Shown: positions 9,015 to 18,998 of the stretch, piece by piece
Layout: the number at the start of each line of letters is the position of its first letter
How positions within the stretch are numbered: position 1 is the stretch's first letter
IMG/VR virus record: IMGVR_UViG_3300025108_004499
Length of the DNA stretch: 64,000 nucleotides
Origin: a virus
Strand: one strand, 5' to 3'
Notes under the pieces: generated by a model
Database searches by the model: none
Told to the model about the DNA's origin: nothing
Seen by the model: only the letters and a program-made list of their open reading frames with translations
Translations under genes and position numbers: made by a program

Positions 9015-9605
9015 TTACATTTTCTCCACAATGCGATCAATAAGTCCGTACTCAAGAGCTTGCTGTGCAGACATAAATGTATCTCTATCCATGTCTCTAG
9101 TAAAGTCCTCAAATGTTTTACCTTTAGTGTTGTGCTTTACATACAAATTAGTAAGCATTTCTTTATAGTGCATAATCTCTTTGTATGAGATTTCAATATC
9201 ACTAGCCATACCTCTTGCTCCGCCACTAGGCTGATGAATCATGTGCCTTGCGTGTGGTAACATCATTCTATGTCCTGCTTCTCCTGCCTGTGCTAGGAAA
9301 CTACCCATTGAACATGCTTGACCCATTACAATAGTATGTACTGGTGACTTAATAAATTGCATTGTATCGTAAATGCTTAGACCGTCACTGATAACACCGC
9401 CTGGACTATTAATATAAAAACTAATAGGCTTACCTGGTGCTTGTGATTCTAAGAATAATAATTGTGATACAATTAGACTTGCTGACATTGAATTAACATC
9501 AGTGTCCATAATTATAATACGGTCCTTTAGTAGTCGACTATAAATGTCATAACTACGTTCACCTTTAGATTCTTTTTCAACAACAACTGGTACTAAATTA
9601 GGCAT
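9015..9605 (-). CDS. clpP: ATP-dependent Clp protease proteolytic subunit
   Basis: GERSYDIYSRLLKDRII, YINSPGG, catalytic Ser in QACSMGS, HQPSGG, DRDTFMS. Confidence 0.97.
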   Translation of the reverse strand: MPNLVPVVVEKESKGERSYDIYSRLLKDRIIIMDTDVNSMSASLIVSQLLFLESQAPGKPISFYINSPGGVISDGLSIYDTMQFIKSPVHTIVMGQACSMGSFLAQAGEAGHRMMLPHARHMIHQPSGGARGMASDIEISYKEIMHYKEMLTNLYVKHNTKGKTFEDFTRDMDRDTFMSAQQALEYGLIDRIVEKM

Positions 9606-10020
9606 CTTTCCACTCCATTAACGGATCAACTGATTGCGAGTCGTGCCAGTCAGTTTGATCTTTATTAAATTTACGTGATGTTATTTCTTTACGTAGCATA
9701 CCGTCTTTGATTCGATATGTAATTAGTTCTTGTTTAACAACACCTGTAGGTTCAGTTTGAAAAGCACTTACAAGTGGGCCATCGTATTTTTCGTTCATTA
9801 TCGTCCTTCCTTTACATTATATGATTCTGGTCCTGGTGTAGTAAATTCGTATCCAAACGCATTACCTACATACACTCTTCCGTTATATTTCATATGGATT
9901 TTATTAGTAGCCATAAACACATTCATAGACTCTTTAGTTCTAAAGTTATCTACTTCTGCTTCTACAATCTTATCGTTGTTTGTACATGTTACCATGCATT
10001 TGTTTTCAAATACTTCCATT

Positions 10021-10740
10021 TTACACCTTATAAAGTTTAACGTAGTTAAGTCTAGTTTCGTTTGCACTAAACAATTTGTTTTTTGTTTGAGCTTTTACTT
10101 TGCCTTTTACACGTAGCATACGGCCTACGTCATATGGAAACTTATTCATAAAGCTCACTAAGTTTCCATCTATAACTGCTGTGTAGTTATAGCTCTCCCA
10201 ATGTTCGCTGTAACGCTTGTCGAGAATCTTTATAACACCTTCAACAATATCTTTTTCTTTGCCTAGGTATTGGCTGTCACGATACTCAATACGGATTTCT
10301 TTTGTAAGTCCTGTTTCGTGTTTGTCACGTTTTACAAACTCTGGTACAAATGCAATAAGTCCTAGTCTAGTAACAGGTACATTGTTTTCTGCTACTGCGT
10401 TAATTATATCACGTTTGAAATTATCTAGGTCAGCAAGTCCTAACATTACATAACGTTTCATCCATTTATGTATTTCTGCTACTTCTTCGTAGTCTTGTGC
10501 TGTTAGTGTAGGCTTTACATAATCGGTTGGCGCATGAAAATCAAAGAAGAATCTAACAATCTCTTTGTTACTAAACTGTGTTTTGTTTTCTGGTTCTGAA
10601 AAGCGTCTAGTATCTTTGATATAATTACCATTAATACGTTGTGCCGCTACTGCAATAGCAAGTGCATCTTGTATAGGTACTGTCTTCAATGGTAAAACGT
10701 TTTCATTCTTTACGTATCCGTCTTTAACTTGTGTCAACAT
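10021..10740 (-). CDS. Hypothetical protein with C-terminal OB-like fold
   Basis: Early promoter upstream; ends KGKVK...ETRLNYVK. Confidence 0.6.
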   Translation of the reverse strand: MLTQVKDGYVKNENVLPLKTVPIQDALAIAVAAQRINGNYIKDTRRFSEPENKTQFSNKEIVRFFFDFHAPTDYVKPTLTAQDYEEVAEIHKWMKRYVMLGLADLDNFKRDIINAVAENNVPVTRLGLIAFVPEFVKRDKHETGLTKEIRIEYRDSQYLGKEKDIVEGVIKILDKRYSEHWESYNYTAVIDGNLVSFMNKFPYDVGRMLRVKGKVKAQTKNKLFSANETRLNYVKLYKV

Positions 10741-10801
10741 TTTAAGCCTTTAATTAATTTTACTTGTATATTATAGCATCTACTAATACACTTGTCAAGT
10801 A

Positions 10802-11269
10802 TTAATCTTCCAAAACCCAATGTTTTTTTGCAAGTCCTTCTGCTTCACAGTAACGTATAAACAATCCTATTTCACGTCCGTGTGCTTCTATTTCCCAAGG
10901 TTGATCCCAGTAAGTAGGTTCTTTAGGTAACCACTTACCTTTCCAGCGATGCTTGTTAGTACGCCCGCTTTCGTAAAGTTCTCCACGTGCAAATTGCTTT
11001 ACGTGTACAAATTCATGTGCTACAGTTTCTAATAGTCTACGTAATTTGATTTTCTTATTAATATCTATATCAAATTCTCTTGGACGAGCCGCATCTGCAT
11101 AGTCAGTAGGTATGCAATAACCATAGCTCTCGTCTTTGCCAAAGTCACGAAGTCTTATATTAAGTTCAAGACTATGCATACGTGGCATTAGTTTAGATTT
11201 ACAGAAACGTAAAATCTTTTCAGTATGCTTGCGTTGAGACTTCGAGCCGCCTGTAAAGTTAATCTGCAT
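10802..11269 (-). CDS. Putative zincin metallopeptidase
   Basis: AHEFVHVKQ (HExxH) and PWEIEA. Confidence 0.75.
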   Translation of the reverse strand: MQINFTGGSKSQRKHTEKILRFCKSKLMPRMHSLELNIRLRDFGKDESYGYCIPTDYADAARPREFDIDINKKIKLRRLLETVAHEFVHVKQFARGELYESGRTNKHRWKGKWLPKEPTYWDQPWEIEAHGREIGLFIRYCEAEGLAKKHWVLED

Positions 11270-11334
11270 CTATCGTTCCTCTGTTAGTATCTTATTATTA
11301 TACTACTATTTACGACAAATGTCAAGTTTTTTGG

Positions 11335-11808
11335 CTATAACATATACTCAAAGTTTTGGCAAGAATCGTGCTTTGCGACTAGTTTAGCGCCGTTGCGTAG
11401 ATGAAAACGCTCTGCCATCTCAGTTAAAGGGCTCAAAGTTACGAATCTTTTGGCTTTTTTGACACGTTTTAGCTCACGAGCAACATCAAATACTATCTCA
11501 CGGCCAGCACCTTTTGAGTAACTCCATACAGTATAAAACACTGCAATGTCGCCTTTTTGTCCGTCTTGACATGCTTGTTGACTATACAAATCTAGCTCAT
11601 ATTCGTCCTTAGGAACTTCATTAGTATAGGCTACACATATAATTGCACGTATATCATCATCTGGATAATGTTCTACTGCATACTTACTTTCATATAATGC
11701 ATATACTTCTCTGTCTGCATCTAACCTAAAGTCAGATGTTAAGTGTGGACGTACAGGATCGTCCTTTAAAATAATTTTTACTTTGTCTTTACCAATACTC
11801 GTTATCAC
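11335..11808 (-). CDS. GNAT-fold protein resembling the malonyl-CoA decarboxylase catalytic region
   Basis: AVFYTVWSY.KGAG and FVTLSP motifs. Confidence 0.45.
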   Translation of the reverse strand: MITSIGKDKVKIILKDDPVRPHLTSDFRLDADREVYALYESKYAVEHYPDDDIRAIICVAYTNEVPKDEYELDLYSQQACQDGQKGDIAVFYTVWSYSKGAGREIVFDVARELKRVKKAKRFVTLSPLTEMAERFHLRNGAKLVAKHDSCQNFEYML

Positions 11809-12469
11809 GTTGTCCTCTTTTCACTAGTAGTGCTTTGTTATATTTAAGTGCAAATAAAGTTGCTTGTTTTGAGTCTTCTACATCTACATATATATCACAA
11901 CGACAGTATGTAGCTCCAGGTAGTATTTGACTGTCACTTCTAACATAGACTAAATCAAATCCTGGTTGATTGCATTGTAGGAATAGTTCGTCGCCTAGTT
12001 CGCGCCTTACCCATATGTCTTCCATTTCCATGCGGGCGTGGTTCCATTTATATTCACACTGGGATAGAAAAAATCTCAATTGGTTTGTTTCCATTTTTCA
12101 TATGCTTCTTCAAATCCTTCTAACGCATATTGAGATCTTTCATGATTACCCCATAGTCTTTTAAAGTAACCGTTATAAGAATCTTTCATAGTTTCAAATT
12201 CTACTAAATGTCCTTTAACCATATAAAAGATTCTTGCAATTTCTTTTTCGTCTATGTCCATTACCACCATCCTATAGTTTTAGAATTACCTGCTATAATC
12301 ATAAGACAAGTAGTAACATGCAACACAATCCAAAAGGTACGAAAGGCCAGTGCCTTCTTTACATCTGATTGTGTAATAGGAAGGAACTCTGGCTTATCGT
12401 TGTCATCAATGCCAACTGGCATGCCAACGGTTCTAGCCCATACTCTAAGCCATCGCCGTTGTCCGCTCA

Positions 12470-12991
12470 TTAGTGATTACCTTTGAGGTAGTCTAAACAA
12501 TTCTTTGGAGTTGATTGCTCATACGGATCATCATCAGCACCTTCGTTGTTGATGCCAGGTTCTTGCCACCATTGCTCAACTACGCCGTCATTGACAATAC
12601 ACATAAAACGCCAACTACGTAACCCAAAGCCTAGATGGTTTTTACCAATAAGCATTCCTAAGAAACGTGTCATATTACCACTACCGTCTGGAATAACTTT
12701 TACGTGTTTGATACCCTGGTCTTTTGACCAAGCGTTCATTACAAATGCATCGTTAACACTCATACAATAAACTTCGTCAATATCATTATTACGAATGTTA
12801 TCGTAGCTTTCTTCAAACCCTGGTAGTTGGTATTCACTACACGTAGGTGTAAAGGCACCCGGTAGGCTGAATAATACTACTCGCTTGCCTTTGAAGTAAT
12901 CTTCTGTTGTTTTATCTTCCCAACGATAATCTTCACCATCGCGGACTCTTGTTTTAAATGTTACATGCGGTAACTTAAAACCTTCAATCAT
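12470..12991 (-). CDS. Peroxiredoxin (Prx5-like)
   Basis: LPGAFTPTCS, SVNDAFVMNAW, G.RSWR. Confidence 0.93.
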   Translation of the reverse strand: MIEGFKLPHVTFKTRVRDGEDYRWEDKTTEDYFKGKRVVLFSLPGAFTPTCSEYQLPGFEESYDNIRNNDIDEVYCMSVNDAFVMNAWSKDQGIKHVKVIPDGSGNMTRFLGMLIGKNHLGFGLRSWRFMCIVNDGVVEQWWQEPGINNEGADDDPYEQSTPKNCLDYLKGNH

Positions 12992-13154
12992 AGTCTTTAA
13001 TCTCCATTGTTAGTATTAGTGTAATATTAACACCTATAGGTGCAAAAGTCAACCTATATTTTCTTACTCAAATATTTATAAATTGCATAATAATTGCATT
13101 GCAAACATGGCTAAATATAATTAGGGTCAACGAAGTATAGAGGGCAAAGTAAAT

Positions 13155-13433
13155 ATGGATTTTTTAACAATAGCAAAAGATTTAGGATTCCCAATCGCAG
13201 GGGCACTTGGTGCTGGCGGCTTTGTATTTTTAACACTTAAATTTATCCTAGCAGGTGTTACTGACTCTGTGACTACACTCAAAGGAATTATTGGATCTCT
13301 TGACAATCGTGTTCAAACTATGAACAACGACTTAGTTAAGATTGATGCACTACTGAGTCACGCATTACATATTAAACCAAACGTAGACAGAATTGCCGCT
13401 AACGAAGGCAAGGATGACGCAAGACGAGATTAA
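13155..13433 (+). CDS. Small membrane protein (YvrJ/holin-like), paralogue 1
   Basis: KDLGFPI...G..V TM then coiled coil L.NRV..+.ND++++D. Confidence 0.6.
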   Translation: MDFLTIAKDLGFPIAGALGAGGFVFLTLKFILAGVTDSVTTLKGIIGSLDNRVQTMNNDLVKIDALLSHALHIKPNVDRIAANEGKDDARRD

Positions 13434-13653
13434 AGGAGAAACTAAAATGATGTGGTTAGATTACACAATTAACCAAGCACCAGGAAGAGGCTTTAAAGTC
13501 GAAGGTGACACTCCAACAGAAGTAATGGACAAAGGCTTGTATAAGCCAGGCGATGTGTTTATTGTTAATGAAAGCGGCTGGCTAGTTAAGTCAGACGAAT
13601 TATCATCAATGATAATCAAACACGAAGCAAAGAAAAAGGAACCAGCATAATCT

Positions 13654-13983
13654 ATGGAGTCAGAACTAACAAACGTAATTAAAGACTTAGGATTTCCAGT
13701 AGTTGCCGCTCTAGGTCTTGGTTACTTCATTTACTTTATTTGGAAATGGGTTACAGAAGTTATTGATCCTGTTATAGGTCAAACTATGGGTACACTAATT
13801 AAATTAGTTGACCGTGTGCGTATGTTAGATAATGATATTATTCGCTTAAACACAAAGTTAAGCATGGTATTAGAAAACGAAGCCAAACTAGATAAAAAAC
13901 GTAGAGCTGAACTAGAAGAAATAGTTTCAAAATATACAGACATAACAAACGACCCATTTAATACAACGGGTACAAAAGATTGA
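13654..13983 (+). CDS. Small membrane protein (YvrJ/holin-like), paralogue 2
   Basis: KDLGFPV...G.FI TM then L.DRVRMLDNDIIRL. Confidence 0.6.
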   Translation: MESELTNVIKDLGFPVVAALGLGYFIYFIWKWVTEVIDPVIGQTMGTLIKLVDRVRMLDNDIIRLNTKLSMVLENEAKLDKKRRAELEEIVSKYTDITNDPFNTTGTKD

Positions 13984-14144
13984 TAGGGCCAGTTCGCTAC
14001 TGTGAGAGTTGCGGACATAGATGTCACTGTTACCAACCAGACTGCAAGGAGTGTGTGAATGATGTATGCACAAACTGCAAATGTAAAGATTCCAATGGAA
14101 CACTACATAGCAAAACTAAAGGAACACGAAGCAAAGAGACTTAG
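13980..14144 (+). CDS. Cys/His-rich metallothionein-like peptide (54 aa)
   Basis: TTG start overlapping upstream TGA; CESCGHRCHCYQPDCKECVNDVCTNCKC (9 Cys, 2 His in 28 aa). Confidence 0.55.
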   Translation: MIGPVRYCESCGHRCHCYQPDCKECVNDVCTNCKCKDSNGTLHSKTKGTRSKET

Positions 14145-14182
14145 TACTAACGAGCGTAATGCTTATTGGAAAGCGTACTTAC

Positions 14183-16231
14183 TTACTTCGAAGTAGCAAT
14201 AAACACACCGGACCAGTCTTTAGGAAGGTCTTGTGTTTTCTGGAATTCACAACGTTCAATCCACATGTCATAGTATGCACTCATTTTGCCATCAAAGTGG
14301 CTGTGTAGTGTATTACATAATTCTATTGCTTTGTCAAAGTCTTGTGCTAGATATGCTTTGTGCATTTCTTCATGCTTACGTTGTGCTGTACGCCAAGCAG
14401 GGCGTCTATTATCTAACACTGTCCATATTGTAATACCTACAGTTTTACCTTTAACTGCTAAATCGTCGATTTTTAAATAGAAAAAGTCGGTTTTAGTACG
14501 TTGGTATGTCGCATCTCCAACAAGTAATACACATCCGTATTCTTTACACTTGCTTTCAATACGAGCGGCTGTACTGACTGAGTCTCCAAGGACGTCATAA
14601 CTGTGTCGGGCTGTTGAACCCATCTCGCCAAGATAGCCAAGCCCAGTATTAATACCAGCCCCCATACCCACTGGGGGTCTTCCTTCTTTGGTAATCTTAT
14701 CATTAAATATCTCCACTGCTTTTAACATATCCAATCCGCATTGTACTGCTGTCTTTGGATGTTGCGGATCTTCAATTGGTGCATTGTGTACGTGCATACT
14801 TGCATCGCCAATGTACTTAATAACCATACCGTCTGCGTCAAGTATAGGTTGTGTGATGGCATCCATGTAACCATTCATAATTTTTGTTAGACCTTTTACA
14901 TCATCACCAAATGATTCACCTAATGGTGTAAAGCCTCTTAGGTCTGAGAAACAAATTGAAACTTCTTTCTTCATACCATCTTTTATAAGTGCAGGATTCT
15001 CTTGTAGCATACGTACTACTGTTGGTGATGCATATCCTGCAAACTGTTTTTTGATTGCTTGTTTCTGTGCATACTCACTTACAAATCTATTAAAGATTGC
15101 ATGTAAGCCTACTACAAATACAGTTACCATAGGCATTGTACCATCTAACAAGTACAAATAATTAACCCATGCATAATGTACACTATAGGTGAGTCCTCCC
15201 ACAAACGCAACTAATATTCCTCCAGCCAACCAGTAAGGGGCAAACCTTCCAACGCACACCAGTGCTATGCCTAGTAGTCCGGTTGTGATAAGCTCTGCTA
15301 AGAATGCCCAATAGGGACGCTCAATTTGATCGCCATCTATCACAGTTTGAAGTGTTACTGCGGCCGGTATATAGTTGTGTTGTGGTCCAGTCGGACTAGC
15401 GATTAAACCACCTATGCCTTCTGCGGTTACTCCTATAATAACAGTCTTCCCTTCAAACGATCTATAATCATCTGAGGCCGCACTAATAGTTTCAAATTGT
15501 TTATTCCATCTCAACCATATCTGTGCATTAGGATCTGTTTTTATAATTGGGTAACCAGGAACTCGTACTGCTTCTATTCCACCACCAGCTTCTTTAACTT
15601 GGTAACTAGGGTTTCCTGTTGCTACACGAATAACTTCAATTGCTAAAGCGGGATACGTGTCTTCGCCGACACGCATTAGGAGTGGTACTCGTCTTACAAC
15701 ACCGTCGATTTCTGGGTTAGTGTTCAACACGCCCACACCGTCAGCATTATCTCCTAGCAATTGGATTGGTCCTAACATTCCTGGCCATTCAAACATATAT
15801 GGCACAGGATCACCAATTTTCGCAATGCCTCGAGGGACCGCATTACGATTGGCTTGGGTACTTCCTACTTGTGCTATTACAACACCGTTACCCGCAAGTG
15901 CTTCAGCTAATTGAATATCACCACCTAGTCTATCTGTCTCAGACATGATAACAGGAATTACGATGATACCAGCACCTGCTTCGCGAAGTTTCCAGATTAT
16001 ATCTGCAATTATATCACGCTTCCAGGGCCATTGCCCGTACTTTTCAATGGCGGCTTCGTCAATGGTCACGATGCCGACGTCCTGGGATAATGTTGCCTTA
16101 TCAGTTTGTTGAAGTAAGTCGAATTGCTTAAGGCGAGCAGTCTGCACTAATTGACCATCTGTGTAATGCAGACCTATCATAATGAACGCTGTGACAAACG
16201 CCACAGTCCAATGTGTAATATACTTCGTCAT
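14183..16231 (-). CDS. CHASE2-domain class III adenylate cyclase
   Basis: IDE..I.KYGQWPW.R and DGVVRRVPL (CHASE2), 3 TMs, FSDLRGFT, KYIGDA, YDVLGDSVSTAARIES. Confidence 0.93.
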   Translation of the reverse strand: MTKYITHWTVAFVTAFIMIGLHYTDGQLVQTARLKQFDLLQQTDKATLSQDVGIVTIDEAAIEKYGQWPWKRDIIADIIWKLREAGAGIIVIPVIMSETDRLGGDIQLAEALAGNGVVIAQVGSTQANRNAVPRGIAKIGDPVPYMFEWPGMLGPIQLLGDNADGVGVLNTNPEIDGVVRRVPLLMRVGEDTYPALAIEVIRVATGNPSYQVKEAGGGIEAVRVPGYPIIKTDPNAQIWLRWNKQFETISAASDDYRSFEGKTVIIGVTAEGIGGLIASPTGPQHNYIPAAVTLQTVIDGDQIERPYWAFLAELITTGLLGIALVCVGRFAPYWLAGGILVAFVGGLTYSVHYAWVNYLYLLDGTMPMVTVFVVGLHAIFNRFVSEYAQKQAIKKQFAGYASPTVVRMLQENPALIKDGMKKEVSICFSDLRGFTPLGESFGDDVKGLTKIMNGYMDAITQPILDADGMVIKYIGDASMHVHNAPIEDPQHPKTAVQCGLDMLKAVEIFNDKITKEGRPPVGMGAGINTGLGYLGEMGSTARHSYDVLGDSVSTAARIESKCKEYGCVLLVGDATYQRTKTDFFYLKIDDLAVKGKTVGITIWTVLDNRRPAWRTAQRKHEEMHKAYLAQDFDKAIELCNTLHSHFDGKMSAYYDMWIERCEFQKTQDLPKDWSGVFIATSK

Positions 16232-16243
16232 ACTGTATTTATG

Positions 16244-16459
16244 TTACTTTGTGAGGTGTGAAGATTTTATTATTTCACGCTGTTCTAGTTGTTGTTTGAA
16301 CATTGCTCGAACTTCAGGTGCGTTGTCTGTTGCTTCTAAGAACTGTAATATACCGCTCCAACTGTTGCCCATAAACAGTATCCAACCGTCCTTGTATAAT
16401 ACGCTACGGCTGTTTAAATTTTTGAAGTAGAAGTTTTTATAGTGATATTCGTTCATCAC
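16244..16459 (-). CDS. Small hypothetical protein within the curli-cyclase operon
   Basis: 71-aa ORF behind a TAAATA box. Confidence 0.55.
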   Translation of the reverse strand: MMNEYHYKNFYFKNLNSRSVLYKDGWILFMGNSWSGILQFLEATDNAPEVRAMFKQQLEQREIIKSSHLTK

Positions 16460-16465
16460 TAATAT

Positions 16466-17896
16466 TTAGTTTTGGGTAATAGTAGTTGTGCCACAACCAT
16501 TTGCGTTTACACAATTTTGATTTATTGAATATACTTGTCCTGTTGAACTATCTTGTGTAAGATCAAGTCCTGAGTCATAACCTGACATTGAGATACTAGC
16601 ATTGTGATTGCCACTTCCGTCTTGTGTTATGTCAACTGTTTGATCGTTACCTACTGCTATTTCTGTATAGTGAGATCCTGATCCCCATTGGTTAACATCT
16701 ATATCGTTGTCATCACCTTGTACAGAAATAAATGCTTTTTTATCACTGTCATTTAACTGGCTGGTATTAACATTATTAATATCTCCATCTATATCTACTG
16801 CAATATAGTGTCCGTTGTTACCTACAGTATTATTATGATTTTGTGTAATACTTAATATATTAGAGTCACCGTCAATATCAAACTCAACTCTATTATCATC
16901 TGCACCTGTTGTAACTCCTTGGTCAACTGTTGTTGTATTAGAGTTGCCAGTAATCCCAAACAATATAACATTGTTTTCACCTTTTTGTTTGAGTGTAGTG
17001 TTGTTATTATCTCCAACTATCTCTGCTTTTGCTAAACTGCCGTTACCTGCAATAAGATTGTCATCGCCGTCTTGTACGATAGTAAGTGTATTGCTGTCTC
17101 CTATTTGTTCAATGTATACACCGTTGCCACTGTGTGTTACACCTCTGGCTGTTGAGATCTGATTAGTTTGTGCATTGCTTATACTTGAAGTATATGTTGT
17201 CGTTGTTGCAACTAATCCTGCTTCTGTCATTGCACGAGTTAGGAAGTCTACCATGTTATTACTATATTGATGTGTTGATAGTAATTGTCCATAACCAAAT
17301 GAAACTGTAATTGATCCACCATTACTACCATACTCCCAATTATACCAAGTGTTCCAACTACTGCCTGTACTATTTTTTGCCATTGCTGTACCGCCACTTG
17401 CTGTAAACAGTTTGTCTGGTCCTGGCAATGTGTTTTCACTTGATGTGCTTGAAGCATAATCGCCTACCGCATATGAACCCCAACAGGTATTACAACTACC
17501 TGCTATATACATACTTCCTACACTTAATTTACTTTCAACCAACGATTCAATGCTACCTATTCTATTGGTTGCTCCGTTGGGTGCAAGAATGACTACGTGT
17601 CCTCCGTTGCCTATAAAACTTTCATAGTTTGTTTTACACGTACTGCCACAGTTTGAAGTTCCTGCTATATCAATTACAAGTTCTTTGCCTGATAGATCAT
17701 TTGAACTTACTGTGCCACTTGTACTTCCTGTCACAGTAAAACCTAAATCTTCAAGTTCACTTTTTAAATGATTGTAGTGTGAACTTGTGTTTGTTCCACC
17801 TGTGCTGTAATATATTAAGGCATCATTTGCCCAACTAGTTGTTGGACTGAATAATAGTAATACTATTAGTGCCTTCGCTACCCAATCTATAGTCAT
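16466..17896 (-). CDS. Secreted protein: N-terminal globular domain plus C-terminal curlin-like repeats
   Basis: Signal peptide ending SWA; about 23-aa repeats with Q-x-G-x-x-N (IEQIGDSNTLTIVQDGDDN, LKQKGENN, ITQDGSGNH). Confidence 0.75.
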   Translation of the reverse strand: MTIDWVAKALIVLLLFSPTTSWANDALIYYSTGGTNTSSHYNHLKSELEDLGFTVTGSTSGTVSSNDLSGKELVIDIAGTSNCGSTCKTNYESFIGNGGHVVILAPNGATNRIGSIESLVESKLSVGSMYIAGSCNTCWGSYAVGDYASSTSSENTLPGPDKLFTASGGTAMAKNSTGSSWNTWYNWEYGSNGGSITVSFGYGQLLSTHQYSNNMVDFLTRAMTEAGLVATTTTYTSSISNAQTNQISTARGVTHSGNGVYIEQIGDSNTLTIVQDGDDNLIAGNGSLAKAEIVGDNNNTTLKQKGENNVILFGITGNSNTTTVDQGVTTGADDNRVEFDIDGDSNILSITQNHNNTVGNNGHYIAVDIDGDINNVNTSQLNDSDKKAFISVQGDDNDIDVNQWGSGSHYTEIAVGNDQTVDITQDGSGNHNASISMSGYDSGLDLTQDSSTGQVYSINQNCVNANGCGTTTITQN

Positions 17897-18995
17897 ATAG
17901 GAAGAAATCTCCTTGTTCAATATCTAGTGTGTAATCGTGTCTAGTATTTAATCTTAATCTAATAAAACCGCCTTGTTCAAAGTCTTCACGTTGCCATACC
18001 CAGTGCGGTTCTATTTTGTCTAATCTAATTTGTGTTTTAGGATCAAACCCTACCTTAGGAACATTTGATAATAGTCTTGCGTTTTGTCTTTTTAATTCAT
18101 CTTGGAACAATGCCGCTAGTGCTTCATTAAGTTTGTCTAGCATGTCATGTAGCATGTCAGCTAACATGTAATCAGTTTCGTCTAGTGCTGTTTTCCAAAT
18201 ACCTTCAATGCTATCTTTGAGTGCATCGCCTTCTAAGCCGTCAAACTCTAAAAAGTCAACACCTAAGAAGTCTGCTAGTTTTCTACGTCTTTGCATTTCT
18301 GCTTCTGAGTATTCATCAATAGGTGTACGCTTACGCAATAGTAATAGGTTGTTGATTTGGTCTTCGCTTAGATCTAACAGTACTGGCGGTGTTGGCTTAC
18401 GCATACCATGTACTGTTGCTGTTGCCTGGAACGCTTGATTCATAATAACCATACCAGCATCTGTTTCTACAGTAATTTCTCCTACGTAGCACATGCCTGC
18501 TGTATCACAACTAGGCAATAGTGTAATCATTGACCCGCCCACTTCATCTACGACCATTACGAAGTCTGTACCACGAACACCAATAGTAGCACTAGGTGTT
18601 CTTATCTTTACATTCTGTTTGTATTTTTTTGCAATTTGGCCACTTGCATAACGCACTGTGCCTAAACTTGCTTTGAGGGAAAGTGACCCTACATCGTTTG
18701 CTGGGTCGTATACAAACTCGTCAATTACTAGTCTTGATTGTTCTGTAAGTTCAACTCTTGTTTCGTCAACAAAGTCAATACGCATAGTACCGTTTGCTGT
18801 AACAGCAGAGTCCATGCTTTGAACACCAACACCTGCGTCTCCTTCAATAACAACATCGCCGTCTCTTTCAAGTACACCTGATCCTTTGATCTGTCCGATC
18901 TCTCCTACATTACCATATGCAGGTCTAGCTATAATAGCTATTACTATCAAACCTAGGAGCAGAAACCATGTATACTTGTTCGGCGCCATTGTCAT
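17835..18995 (-). CDS. FecR-domain periplasmic protein
   Basis: Signal/TM, F.D.T...L.EQS.L.ID, G.VRYASG, IRTPSATIGVRGTDF. Confidence 0.85.
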   Translation of the reverse strand: MTMAPNKYTWFLLLGLIVIAIIARPAYGNVGEIGQIKGSGVLERDGDVVIEGDAGVGVQSMDSAVTANGTMRIDFVDETRVELTEQSRLVIDEFVYDPANDVGSLSLKASLGTVRYASGQIAKKYKQNVKIRTPSATIGVRGTDFVMVVDEVGGSMITLLPSCDTAGMCYVGEITVETDAGMVIMNQAFQATATVHGMRKPTPPVLLDLSEDQINNLLLLRKRTPIDEYSEAEMQRRRKLADFLGVDFLEFDGLEGDALKDSIEGIWKTALDETDYMLADMLHDMLDKLNEALAALFQDELKRQNARLLSNVPKVGFDPKTQIRLDKIEPHWVWQREDFEQGGFIRLRLNTRHDYTLDIEQGDFFLYDYRLGSEGTNSITIIQSNN

Positions 18996-18998
18996 TCC

